Of a stretch of DNA of 26,237 nucleotides, positions 16,809-25,794 are shown one piece after another; the stretch's first letter is position 1, and every line of letters begins with the position of its first letter. The notes beneath the pieces were generated by a model that saw only the letters and a list, made by a program, of their open reading frames with translations, did no database searches and was not told the DNA's origin. The DNA comes from Chthoniobacterales bacterium (GTDB lineage Bacteria; Verrucomicrobiota; Verrucomicrobiia; Chthoniobacterales; UBA10450). Position numbers and translations under genes: made by a program. The stretch is from contig JBBQHV010000001.1 of NCBI GenBank assembly GCA_038324295.1, positions 1 to 26,237 on the forward strand, given 5' to 3'.

Positions 16809-17189
16809 ATGTCGGGACCACTCGATCTTCCAGCGGCGGATAAGCTGAAAATCCTGCGCGCCCGGGACATTTTTCACCGTTGGGAATCGATCGACGAGCG
16901 GCGGCTTTGTCGTCGCTGCGGCCAGATCATTACCGGGCGCGAGATCAAAGTCGTCGGCGGCCGGGGCGAGGAAGGAGATTTGCATCTAGAATGTCCGACC
17001 GAAGGCTGCCCCTCCGTTCCGATCGAGTGGATCATGGTCGAGGCGCTCGACGGTTCAGAGCCGGTCGCGCCGCAGCTGCCGCCACGGCCTGAGAAGAATG
17101 GCCTGGCTGCGCCGGGGAGGGATGGGTTTCGTCTGCGGCAGCGGCCGGGGATTTTCGGATTCCGGCGCATAGGCGTGTTTGTTTTCTAA
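16809..17189 (+). CDS. Hypothetical 4-Cys (putative zinc-ribbon) protein A
   Basis: WESIDERRLCRRCGQIITGREIKV...CPTEGCPSVPIEW, homologous to 18038-18331. Confidence 0.75.
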   Translation: MSGPLDLPAADKLKILRARDIFHRWESIDERRLCRRCGQIITGREIKVVGGRGEEGDLHLECPTEGCPSVPIEWIMVEALDGSEPVAPQLPPRPEKNGLAAPGRDGFRLRQRPGIFGFRRIGVFVF

Positions 17190-17260
17190 GGCTTCGCGGA
17201 CGCGCGAAGAGAACGGGTCCTGCACGAGGAAAAGTGATCGCCTCGCTCGGTCCGAAAAAC

Positions 17261-17415
17261 TCCGGGGAGGACGGGGTGTTACCCCGTCGCGCTCGCCGCG
17301 GCGAGGCCCTTAGCGCAGAGCACGACAGCAACGTGACTGTCTTCGTAGCGCGCCGCGCTGCGCGGTTCGGCGGAGACTCCGCCGAACGACGGGGTAACAC
17401 CCCGTCCTCCCCGGA
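17261..17415. mobile_element. 155-bp MITE/REPIN-like element, copy 1
   Basis: Perfect 29-bp terminal inverted repeats (tccggggaggacggggtgttaccccgtcg), an internal hairpin ttcggcggag-a-ctccgccgaa, and no coding capacity. It is nearly identical to 17806-17960. Confidence 0.8.
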
Positions 17416-17451
17416 AAAGAAGTTGCGCCGCCGCCACCTGTCACAACGCCC

Positions 17452-17679
17452 TTAGCGGCGCCGCGCACGAAGAAAGGTCGGATAGAGCTCGTCGAACGCC
17501 CGCAGCGCGGAAGCCACGCTCGTGCCGAAGCCGACGACCCCGCGCCGAATCGACGGACCGAGCAGCGCGACATAGCGGCCGTGATCGAGAATGATCCGCG
17601 GATGCTTGATCGCGCTCGGGCTGAGCGGATGCGCCCGGCAATATTTTTCGAGGTCGCGTTGGATGGCGGGTGTAATCAT
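17452..17679 (-). CDS. Small hypothetical protein (75 aa)
   Basis: ATG 17679 gives MITPAIQRDLEKYCRAHPLSPSAIKHPRI...YVALLGPSIRRGVVGFGTSVASALRAFDELY. It has globular composition and fits exactly between the two repeats. Confidence 0.65.
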   Translation of the reverse strand: MITPAIQRDLEKYCRAHPLSPSAIKHPRIILDHGRYVALLGPSIRRGVVGFGTSVASALRAFDELYPTFLRARRR

Positions 17680-17805
17680 GTCGGCGATTTTTGGGAGGCT
17701 GCACCGCGACCCTTTTCTGGAAAAGGTCCTTAGCAATTCGACAAACGACGCGCGAAACCGTTCGCTTTTTTTGCGTTTTTCCGGGGAAGATTGGATGTGA
17801 TCAAT

Positions 17806-17960
17806 TCCGGGGAGGACGGGGTGTTACCCCGTCGCGCTCGCCGCGGCGAGGCCCTTAGCGCAGGGCACAACAGCCACGTGACTGTCTTCGTAGCGCGCCG
17901 CGCTGCGCGGTTCGGCGGAGACTCCGCCGAACGACGGGGTGACACCCCGTCCTCCCCGGA
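17806..17960. mobile_element. 155-bp MITE/REPIN-like element, copy 2 (same orientation as copy 1)
   Basis: Four substitutions relative to copy 1 by manual alignment (151/155). Confidence 0.8.
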
Positions 17961-18037
17961 GCGATATTCGTCGTTCTCCCGCAAGAGCGTGAGCTGCTCT
18001 TCGGCTCTCATCTCGTCCGAAGGATCATGACTTTTCG

Positions 18038-18331
18038 TTAGGCAAGTGAGGCGCCGTAAGCCAGGATCGGTCGCTTGCTCTTGATCACCTTCGGCGGCGC
18101 CGAGCTCGGGCCGTGATAGAACCAGTCGCGCGGCGTCGCAGGGCATCCCGGTGTCGGGCAATGCGAATGAAAGGCGCCACGGCTGTCCTGCCAGACGTCG
18201 ATCATCCGGCCGGTGATGACCCGATCGCAAAGCACGCAGACGCGCCGGTCGTCGAGTGAATGCCATTTGCGGAGCGTGTCGGCTTCCTGCAGGGCGGCGA
18301 GCTTTTCATCAAGGCGGACGTGCCTGTTCAT
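18038..18331 (-). CDS. Hypothetical 4-Cys (putative zinc-ribbon) protein B
   Basis: ATG 18331 gives KLAALQEADTLRKWHSLDDRRVCVLCDRVITGRMIDV...CPTPGCPATPRDW, a paralog of protein A. Confidence 0.75.
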   Translation of the reverse strand: MNRHVRLDEKLAALQEADTLRKWHSLDDRRVCVLCDRVITGRMIDVWQDSRGAFHSHCPTPGCPATPRDWFYHGPSSAPPKVIKSKRPILAYGASLA

Positions 18332-18548
18332 CACCAGGAGGATCGTTTTTTCCGGAAAGAGTCGCAATCGGAGCGCGAACGCTTCCGTGCTTCCGAAGAA
18401 CTCTTACTGCTCGCCGGTGCGGAACGATCCTTGAGCGCAATTCGTCAGGTAAACGGACGTCTGACCTCGCCCCCTGGCGCGTTTGCTGTTTGGACCAGGC
18501 GGCATTCCGCATGACATTGCCAGCGGAGGCCGGCGTCCTCTTACTTCC

Positions 18549-21500
18549 ATGCCCGAATCCTCTTTGCCCGAATCGCCCATGCCTGCGGAAGAGCTCGATC
18601 CCGCCGCGACGGATGAGACGACAGAGAACGCGCGCGACGGAGGAAGAAAGCGACGTAACGGACACGAGCCGGCGGCGGTCGTGGGTCTCGGCGCGTCGGC
18701 CGGCGGCATCGCGGTGCTGCAACAATTCTTCAACGACATGCCGGGCGAGAGCGGCCTCGCCTTTGTCGTCGTGATGCATCTTTCGCCGGAGCACGAGAGC
18801 AATCTCGCGAGCATCATTCACCAGAGGACGACGATGCCGGTGACGCAGGTGAGCGAGCCGGTGAATGTGCAGCCGAATCACGTCTACGTCATCCCGCCTA
18901 ACAAACAGCTCGCCTTCGAGGACGGGATGTTGCGATTACTCGAACCGCAGCAGGCGATCGGGCGCCGCGTCACGATCGATCTTTTCTTCCGCACTCTCGC
19001 GGTCGCTTACGGTCAGCGTTCGGTCTGCATGATCCTCTCCGGCACCGACTCGGATGGAGTGATCGGCTTGAAGCACATTCGCGCCCAGGGCGGGGTGACG
19101 ATCGCGCAGGACCCGAAGGAGGCGGAATACGACAGCATGCCGCTCTCGGCGATCAGCACCGGGATGGTCGATTGGGTGCTGCCGGTCGCGGAGATGGCGC
19201 CGAAGCTGATGGAGTTTGTCCGCAACGAAACCCGCATGCAGTTACCGCCGGAGATCCTGGAGGCGGAGGAGCCGGATGCGAAAGATCGGGAGGCGGCCGG
19301 GGGCGAGACCGTCGCGGCGGAAACGCGCGGAGCGAAGGACGAAGCGGCTTTGCGTGAAGTGCTGACGATTCTGCGCCGGCAGACAGGTCACGATTTCAGC
19401 CACTACAAGCGCGCCACCCTCCTGCGCCGGATCGCGCGCCGGATGCAGGTGAACTCGATGGAGAGCATCCCGGCATATCTGGAATTTTTCCGCCAGCATC
19501 CCGCGGAAGCGAGGGAGCTGCTGCATGACCTTCTTATCGGCGTGACGCATTTTTTCCGCGACCGCGCGTCTTTCGCCGCGCTCGAGGCGAATATCCCCCA
19601 GCTTTTCGCAGGCAAACAAAAGGACGACCAGATCCGCGTCTGGGCGGCGGGCTGCGCGACGGGCGAGGAAGCCTATTCCATCGCGATGCTCCTCTGCGAA
19701 TATGCCGAACGGCTCGATTCCCCGCCGTCGATTCAGATTTTCGCGACCGACGTGGACGAGCAGGCGATCAGCGACGCGCGCCAGGGCATTTACCCGGTTA
19801 CGATCGAAGCGGACGTCTCGAACGAGCGGCTAAAGCGCTTCTTCGCGAAGGACCATGGGCGTTATCGCGTGCGCAAGGCGCTGCGCGAGAAAGTGCTTTT
19901 CGCCGCGCACAATCTGCTCAGCGACGCGCCCTTCTCGAATCTTGATCTCGTCTCCTGTCGCAATCTGCTGATTTATCTCACGCCTAAGGCGCAGCAGATC
20001 GTCTTCGACATTTTTCATTTCTCGCTCCGGGCGGGCGGTCTGCTCTTCATCGGCGGCGCGGAGACCGGGAGCAACATGCACGCGCTTTTCTCGCCGGTGG
20101 ATGCGACGCATCGGCTCTACGTGCGCCGTTCCGTGCCGCGGCCGAGCTGGAAGATTCCGCTCATTCCGGCCCGCGCCCGCGACCGCGCGGCGCCGCCGAG
20201 CGCGCCGAGGAAACGCTCGCTCTCACCGCTCTCGTTCCGGAGTATGGAAGCAGCCGGCACGGAGACGCGCGACTCGACGCAGGCGGGGCAGAAGCGGCGC
20301 TCCGCGCTCTTTGGCGAGCTGCACCTGAAATTACTCGAGCAATACGGCCCGCCTTCGGTCGTGGTGAACCAGGATTACGACATCGTGCATCTCTCGGAAC
20401 ATGCCGGGCGCTATCTCCGGTTCGGAGCCGGGGAGCCGACCGCAAACCTCATGAAGGCGCTCAACCCCGCCTTGGAGATGGAGCTGCGCACGGCCCTCTT
20501 CCGCGCGTCGCGAACGAAAGAGGCGAGCCAGGGGGCGCCCACTTTGGTCGAGTTCGATGGGACGAAGGAAGTCGTCACCATCAGCGTGCGGCCGGTTCGG
20601 GCGGAAGATATCGAACAGGGCTTTTACCTCGTTCTTTTCCAGAAAGAGACCGGCGAACCGCCGACGCCTCCGCCAGCGCCGTTATCGCACGACGCCGTCA
20701 CCCGCAATTTGGAATCCGAGATCGACGTTCTCAAGCACCAGCTCAACGACACGAGCGAACAGTACGAAGCGGCCAATGAAGAACTGAAAGCTTCCAACGA
20801 AGAGCTCCAGGCGATGAACGAAGAAATGCGTTCCGCGACCGAGGAACTGGAGACGAGCAAGGAAGAACTCCAATCGGTCAACGAGGAGTTGATCACGGTC
20901 AACAACGAGCTCAAAAGCAGCGTCGAGGAGCTGAGCCGGGCCAATGCCGACCTGACCAACCTGATGGCCTCGACCGATATCGGCACGATTTTTCTCGATC
21001 GCCAATTGCGGGTGCAGCGTTTCACCCCGAGCGCGCAGAAAGTTTTCAACCTCCTCCCGGCGGATGTCGGGCGGCCGATCTCCGACATTACGCACAAGCT
21101 CGCCTACGACGGCTTGATGGGAGACGCCGAGAAGGTTCTGGAAAACCTCACACCGATCGAGCGCGAGGTGCGTCTCGCAGGCGAGCAATGGTATCTCGTG
21201 CGGATGGCGCCCTATCGCACCGCCGAGGACCGGATCGCGGGCGTGGTCGCCACCTTTATCGACATCACGACACGCAAACACGCCGAAGAGCACCTGCGCG
21301 CGAGCGAGGAACGGATGCGGCGCGCGCTCGACATCGGCACGATCGGGATCATGTATTTCCGAGGCGACGGCCCGATCACGCAGGCGAATGACGCCTTTCT
21401 CCGCATGAGCGGCTATAGCCGGGCTGATCTCGAGACCGGCAAGCTCTCCTGGCAAGGGCTGACCCCGGAGGAATTCATGCCCGCCTCGCTTCGGGCGGTC

Positions 21501-23165
21501 GAAGAATTCGAGGCGCGCGGTGTCACCACGCCTTACCAAAAGCAATACATCCGCAAGGACGGCTCGCGTTTCTGGGCTCTCTTCGCCGCCACCCGGATCG
21601 GTCCAGAGGAAGGGATCGAATTCATCATCGACATCAGCGAGCAGAAGCGGGCCGAGGAAGCGCTCCGCGACTCGGAGGAGCGTTTCCGGCAGTTTGCCGA
21701 AAACTCGACCGACGTCTTCTGGATCGCAGACGCGAGCAGCCGGCAGATCGATTACCTCAATCCCGCTTATGAAAAAATGTGGGGCGAGCCGCGTGAGATG
21801 ACCCTGGGCGATTGGCGCCACTGGATGGAGACCATCCACCCCGAGGATCGCGAGAAAGCGGAGGGCGTCTTTCCAGAAATCCTGAAGGGCAAAACGTCCG
21901 TCGCTTACTACCGCATCACCCGTGCATCCGACGGCGAGATGCGCTGGATTCGCGACACCGGGTTTCCGATTCGGAACGAGAAGCGCGAAATCCATCGCGC
22001 CGCCGGCGTGGCCCAGGATGTGACGGAGGACCGGCAACGGGCCGAAGCCCTGCACGAGAGCGAAGAGCGTTTCCGCCTCCTCGTGGAAGGGGCGCGCGAA
22101 TACGCCATCTTCATGGTCGATCAGTCAAATACGATCGTGCACTGGAACGCCGGCGCCGAGCGCATCTTTGGCTGGACGGCGGAGGAAGCGATCGGCCAAT
22201 CCGGCGAGTTGATTTTCACTCCGGAAGATCGCGAGCGCGAGGAGGAGGAAAAGGAAATTGAGATCGCCTTGCGAAATGGAGTGGCGTCCGATTGCCGCTG
22301 GCATATGCGCAAGGACGGCTCCCGCCTCTGGGTCAATGGCGTCATGCAGCGGATCGAGGACGACGAAACCGGCGCCCTCCGCGGTTTCGCCAAGATCGCG
22401 CGCGACGCCACCGCGCAACGGGCGGCCGAGGAGAAGCTCAAAGCATCGCACCTCCAGCTCGAACAGCGGGTGAAAGAGCGCACCGCCGATCTCACCGCGA
22501 CGAACAAAAAGCTGCAGCAAGAGATCGAGCGGCGTTCTCGCCTCGAGCAGGAGATTTTACAAATCAGCGAGCGCGAAAAACGGCGAATCGGTCAGGACCT
22601 GCACGACAGCCTTTGCCAGGAGCTGGCCGCGACCGCTTTCCTTCTCGAATCGCGCGCCCAGAAAGTCGTGAAGAAGGATCCGGCCGAAGCCAAAGCCCTC
22701 TCCGAAGCCGCCCAGACCGTCAACGCCAACGTCGGCCTGGCGCGCGATCTCGCCCGCGGTTTGCATCCGATCGAGCTGAGCAGCACCGGCCTGACGAACG
22801 CGTTGCGCGAGCTGGCCTACCGCACATCGCACGCCGGGAAAGTCAGCTGCCACTTCGTTTCGGCCAAGCCGGTCCGGATTCGCGACGAAGCGGTCGCCCT
22901 CAACCTCTACCGCATCGCCCAGGAAGCGGTGACCAACGCCCTCAAGCACGGCAAACCGAAGAACATCACCATTTCGCTGCAACGGAGCCGCTCGCGCCTC
23001 CAACTCACCATCACCGACGACGGCGAGGGCATGCCCGGGAAGAAGAGCGGAAAAGGCATGGGCATCGACATCATGCGTTACCGGGCGAGCGCGATCGGCG
23101 GCGCCCTCACCGTGGAATTCAACGCCCGCGGCGGCACCACCGTATCCTGCGTCCAGCCCGCTTGA
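18549..23165 (+). CDS. CheB methylesterase-CheR methyltransferase-coiled coil-multi-PAS-histidine kinase (HisKA_3/NarX-type) fusion
   Basis: CheB triad motifs GASAGG, HLSP and LSGTDSDG. CheR motifs WAAGCATGEEAYS and DLVSCRNLLIYL. A NEEL heptad coil, about five PAS-like domains, H-box RIGQDLHDSLCQ, N-box RIAQEAVTNALKHG, DDGEG and GMG. The start is ambiguous (ATG 18549 or ~18579; the ORF opens at 18483). Confidence 0.92.
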   Translation: MPESSLPESPMPAEELDPAATDETTENARDGGRKRRNGHEPAAVVGLGASAGGIAVLQQFFNDMPGESGLAFVVVMHLSPEHESNLASIIHQRTTMPVTQVSEPVNVQPNHVYVIPPNKQLAFEDGMLRLLEPQQAIGRRVTIDLFFRTLAVAYGQRSVCMILSGTDSDGVIGLKHIRAQGGVTIAQDPKEAEYDSMPLSAISTGMVDWVLPVAEMAPKLMEFVRNETRMQLPPEILEAEEPDAKDREAAGGETVAAETRGAKDEAALREVLTILRRQTGHDFSHYKRATLLRRIARRMQVNSMESIPAYLEFFRQHPAEARELLHDLLIGVTHFFRDRASFAALEANIPQLFAGKQKDDQIRVWAAGCATGEEAYSIAMLLCEYAERLDSPPSIQIFATDVDEQAISDARQGIYPVTIEADVSNERLKRFFAKDHGRYRVRKALREKVLFAAHNLLSDAPFSNLDLVSCRNLLIYLTPKAQQIVFDIFHFSLRAGGLLFIGGAETGSNMHALFSPVDATHRLYVRRSVPRPSWKIPLIPARARDRAAPPSAPRKRSLSPLSFRSMEAAGTETRDSTQAGQKRRSALFGELHLKLLEQYGPPSVVVNQDYDIVHLSEHAGRYLRFGAGEPTANLMKALNPALEMELRTALFRASRTKEASQGAPTLVEFDGTKEVVTISVRPVRAEDIEQGFYLVLFQKETGEPPTPPPAPLSHDAVTRNLESEIDVLKHQLNDTSEQYEAANEELKASNEELQAMNEEMRSATEELETSKEELQSVNEELITVNNELKSSVEELSRANADLTNLMASTDIGTIFLDRQLRVQRFTPSAQKVFNLLPADVGRPISDITHKLAYDGLMGDAEKVLENLTPIEREVRLAGEQWYLVRMAPYRTAEDRIAGVVATFIDITTRKHAEEHLRASEERMRRALDIGTIGIMYFRGDGPITQANDAFLRMSGYSRADLETGKLSWQGLTPEEFMPASLRAVEEFEARGVTTPYQKQYIRKDGSRFWALFAATRIGPEEGIEFIIDISEQKRAEEALRDSEERFRQFAENSTDVFWIADASSRQIDYLNPAYEKMWGEPREMTLGDWRHWMETIHPEDREKAEGVFPEILKGKTSVAYYRITRASDGEMRWIRDTGFPIRNEKREIHRAAGVAQDVTEDRQRAEALHESEERFRLLVEGAREYAIFMVDQSNTIVHWNAGAERIFGWTAEEAIGQSGELIFTPEDREREEEEKEIEIALRNGVASDCRWHMRKDGSRLWVNGVMQRIEDDETGALRGFAKIARDATAQRAAEEKLKASHLQLEQRVKERTADLTATNKKLQQEIERRSRLEQEILQISEREKRRIGQDLHDSLCQELAATAFLLESRAQKVVKKDPAEAKALSEAAQTVNANVGLARDLARGLHPIELSSTGLTNALRELAYRTSHAGKVSCHFVSAKPVRIRDEAVALNLYRIAQEAVTNALKHGKPKNITISLQRSRSRLQLTITDDGEGMPGKKSGKGMGIDIMRYRASAIGGALTVEFNARGGTTVSCVQPA

Positions 23166-23172
23166 GCCCCCC

Positions 23173-23288
23173 TTGTAGCGGCGGTCTATGACCGTCGCCC
23201 TCCGCCGTCGCCCTCCGCCGTCGCCCTCCGCCGTCACCCACGCCTCATTGCGATCTGCAGTTTCGACGGTCACAGACCGCCGCTACAA
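23173..23288. repeat. GTAG-type REP doublet with an internal 13-bp tandem repeat
   Basis: ttgtagcggcggtctatgaccgtcg (23173-23197) and cgacggtcacagaccgccgctacaa (23264-23288) are inverted, with 24/25 identity. ccgtcgccctccg is repeated about 3.4 times at 23192-23235. A third GTAG-footed arm lies on the minus strand at ~23295-23319. Confidence 0.82.
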
Positions 23289-23441
23289 AAAAATGAGCGG
23301 ATACCAGCGCCCGCTACAAATCTTTCTAAGATCGGCTCGGTCGTCATCTCAGGTGGCGGCCCGGGATGCGAGGCGGCTGGTTCTGAGCGCGTCCATTTTT
23401 GGACATCCGTCCTGCGCCCGCTGCTGCGATACTAGAGAGAC

Positions 23442-24194
23442 GTGATCTTCGACACCAGTAACGCAGTCGGGACGAAGTCAGCGTCCGCCGGTCGGCCGAG
23501 AGCGAGGATTTTGAAGAGAAGTAATGCGAAAAAAAATTCGGAACCGAGGAAACGCGGCATCCTCCTGGTCGACGATCATCCTCTTTTTCGCAAAGGCATG
23601 GGCCAGCTGCTTAATGGCCAGCCCGATCTGCAGGTAAAAGCCGAGGCCGAGAACAGCGCCGGAGCGCTCAACGCGATTCGCGCGCAGCGCTTCGATCTCG
23701 CGATCGTCGATATCGGTCTGCGCGGCGGCGCTAACGGCATCGAGCTGATGAAATTCATCAAAGTCGAGCGCCCGGAATTGCCCGTCCTGATGGTCTCGAT
23801 GTACGACGAAGCGCTTTACGCGGAGCGGGCTTTGCGGGCGGGCGCGCGCGGCTACGTCATGAAACGCGAGGCGCTCGATTGTGTCCTCGGCGCGGTCCGG
23901 AGCGTCCTCGAGGGCGAGATTTACATCAGCCCGGCGATGTCCAAGCGGATGATCTTCGATCACATCCACAGCGGCGGCGAAGCGCGCAGCGCGGTCGAGC
24001 GCTTGAGCGATCGCGAGCTCGAAGTCTTCCAGCTCATCGGCGAGGGCCGCGACATGCACGAGATCGCCGAGGACCTGCATTTGAGCAAAAAAACCATTGA
24101 AGCCCATCGCGCCAACATCAAGGAGAAGCTCGGTGTCTCGAGCGCGCGCGAGGTGGTGCGTTACGCCACGCAGTGGGTCGGCCAGCAACGTTAG
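23442..24194 (+). CDS. NarL/LuxR-family DNA-binding response regulator
   Basis: Receiver domain ILLVDDHPLFR, DLAIVDIGL, VSMY and YVMK. The LuxR HTH is LSDRELEVFQLIGEG...KTIEAHRANIKEKLG. The start is uncertain (GTG 23442 or in-frame TTG 23511 behind gagg). Confidence 0.93.
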   Translation: MIFDTSNAVGTKSASAGRPRARILKRSNAKKNSEPRKRGILLVDDHPLFRKGMGQLLNGQPDLQVKAEAENSAGALNAIRAQRFDLAIVDIGLRGGANGIELMKFIKVERPELPVLMVSMYDEALYAERALRAGARGYVMKREALDCVLGAVRSVLEGEIYISPAMSKRMIFDHIHSGGEARSAVERLSDRELEVFQLIGEGRDMHEIAEDLHLSKKTIEAHRANIKEKLGVSSAREVVRYATQWVGQQR

Positions 24195-24313
24195 GGGAGG
24201 ACGCAGTGTCACTGCGTCGGACGAGCGAGTGTTACTCGCTCGCCCTTCTGCGCGCAGAGTGTGGCGGGGAAGTGACACTTCCCCGTCCGACGGAGTAACC
24301 CTCCGTCCTCCCC
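24194..24313. repeat. Four-hairpin palindromic element related to the 155-bp element
   Basis: Termini ggggaggacg...cgtcctcccc. Four stems are centred on gtgt(t/c)ac or its reverse complement, each with a different but pairing stem sequence. Confidence 0.78.
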
Positions 24314-24387
24314 GCAATGCGCACGGGCGCGAGCGCGAACGAAGAGCACAATCTGACAGCGCCGCGGAGGAGGGCTATGTTGCGATC

Positions 24388-25746
24388 ATGCGCGGTATTG
24401 TGCTTTCTCTTGCACTGGCGCTCGCCTTCACGGCCGCCGCCGCCCCTCTGCCCGAGCCCTCACCCAATCCCCAAATCACGGAGGTCGTGAGGGAAATTTC
24501 CGCCAAAAATATCGAGGCGAGCATTCGCAAACTCGTTGGCTTCGGCACCCGTCATACCCTTTCCGACACCACGAGCGAGACGCACGGGATCGGCGCGGCA
24601 CGGCGTTGGATCCAATCGGAGTTCGAACGCTACGGCAAAGATTCCGGCGGCCGGCTGCAGGTGACGATGGACGAATTCACTCAGCCGCCCGGGAAGCGCA
24701 ATCCGCAACCCGTCCAGGTCGTCAACGTCGTCGCCACGCTCCCTGGCGCCCAGCCGGCCGCGCGCGAACGGATCTATGTCGTCACCGGCCATTACGATTC
24801 CCGCGTGACCGACGTGATGAACGCCACCGCCGATGCGCCCGGCGCCGATGACGACGCATCCGGCGTCGCCGCCGTCCTCGAGATGGCGCGGGTGATGTCG
24901 CAGAAAAAGTGGGACGCGACCCTCGTCTTCATCGCGGTCGCGGGCGAAGAGCAGGGCCTTTTTGGTTCCACCCATTGGGCGAAAATGGCGCAGGAAAAAA
25001 ACTGGAACGTCGCCGGGATGATCACGAACGACATCATCGGCAGCTCCCGCGCCGAAGACGGCCAGGTTGACGACACCCACGTGCGGCTCTTTGCCGAAGG
25101 CGTCCCGCCGATGAAGGAAATGTCGGAGGCCTGGCGCAAGCAGGTCGCGACCGGCGGCGAAAACGACAGCCCGGCGCGCGAGCTGGCTCGTTACATCAAG
25201 ACGATGGGCGAGCGTTACGTGCGCGGCATGACGGTCAACATCATCTATCGCAAGGATCGTTATCTGCGCGGGGGCGATCACTCGCCCTTCCTCGAAGCCG
25301 GCTACCCGGCCGTGCGGATGACCGAGCCTAACGAGGACTTCCGGCACCAGCACCAGGACCTGCGAAAGGAAAACGGCGTGCAGTACGGCGACCTCCCGGA
25401 GTTCGACGATTTCAACTATATCGCGCAGGTCGCGCGGGTAAATGCGGCGTCGTTAGGCGCGCTTGCCCTCGCGCCCGCCGCGCCGACCGGAGTCGAGATC
25501 GAGACGAAGGAATTAACTAACGACACCACCTTGCACTGGCAGGCGAACAAGGAGCCCGACCTGGCCGGCTACGAAATCTTTTGGCGCGATACCACTTCGC
25601 CCGCTTGGGAGCACGCTGTGGCTGCCGCCAACGTCGCGCGCTTCACGGTCAAGGCCTCGAAAGATAATTTTCTCTTCGGCGTGGCGGCGGTCGATCAGGA
25701 GGGAAATCGCAGCCCCGCCATCTATCCGGCGCCTTCCGCGAGATGA
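24388..25746 (+). CDS. Secreted M28-family metallopeptidase with a C-terminal FN3-like domain
   Basis: Signal MRGIVLSLALALAFTAAA. Zn-ligand motifs GHYDSR, GADDDASG, AGEEQGLFGS, NDIIG, GDHSPF and HQH. C-terminal LHWQANKEPDLAGYEIFWR. Confidence 0.9.
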   Translation: MRGIVLSLALALAFTAAAAPLPEPSPNPQITEVVREISAKNIEASIRKLVGFGTRHTLSDTTSETHGIGAARRWIQSEFERYGKDSGGRLQVTMDEFTQPPGKRNPQPVQVVNVVATLPGAQPAARERIYVVTGHYDSRVTDVMNATADAPGADDDASGVAAVLEMARVMSQKKWDATLVFIAVAGEEQGLFGSTHWAKMAQEKNWNVAGMITNDIIGSSRAEDGQVDDTHVRLFAEGVPPMKEMSEAWRKQVATGGENDSPARELARYIKTMGERYVRGMTVNIIYRKDRYLRGGDHSPFLEAGYPAVRMTEPNEDFRHQHQDLRKENGVQYGDLPEFDDFNYIAQVARVNAASLGALALAPAAPTGVEIETKELTNDTTLHWQANKEPDLAGYEIFWRDTTSPAWEHAVAAANVARFTVKASKDNFLFGVAAVDQEGNRSPAIYPAPSAR

Positions 25747-25794
25747 AGTTTTTTCTACCCACCCACGTCATACCGACCGAAACTTAATATGCAC

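Noticed and set aside
17261-17960. CRISPR array
   Set aside because: There are only two 155-bp units separated by a gene, with no short repeat-spacer periodicity and no cas genes.
20757-20960. DNA-level periodic repeat (aacgaaga-like)
   Set aside because: It is explained by the heptad coiled coil of the kinase, which is covered at protein level in the findings.
24097-24387. N-terminal extension of the M28 peptidase ORF
   Set aside because: It overlaps the regulator's 3' end and the palindromic repeat. A clean signal peptide begins at ATG 24388.
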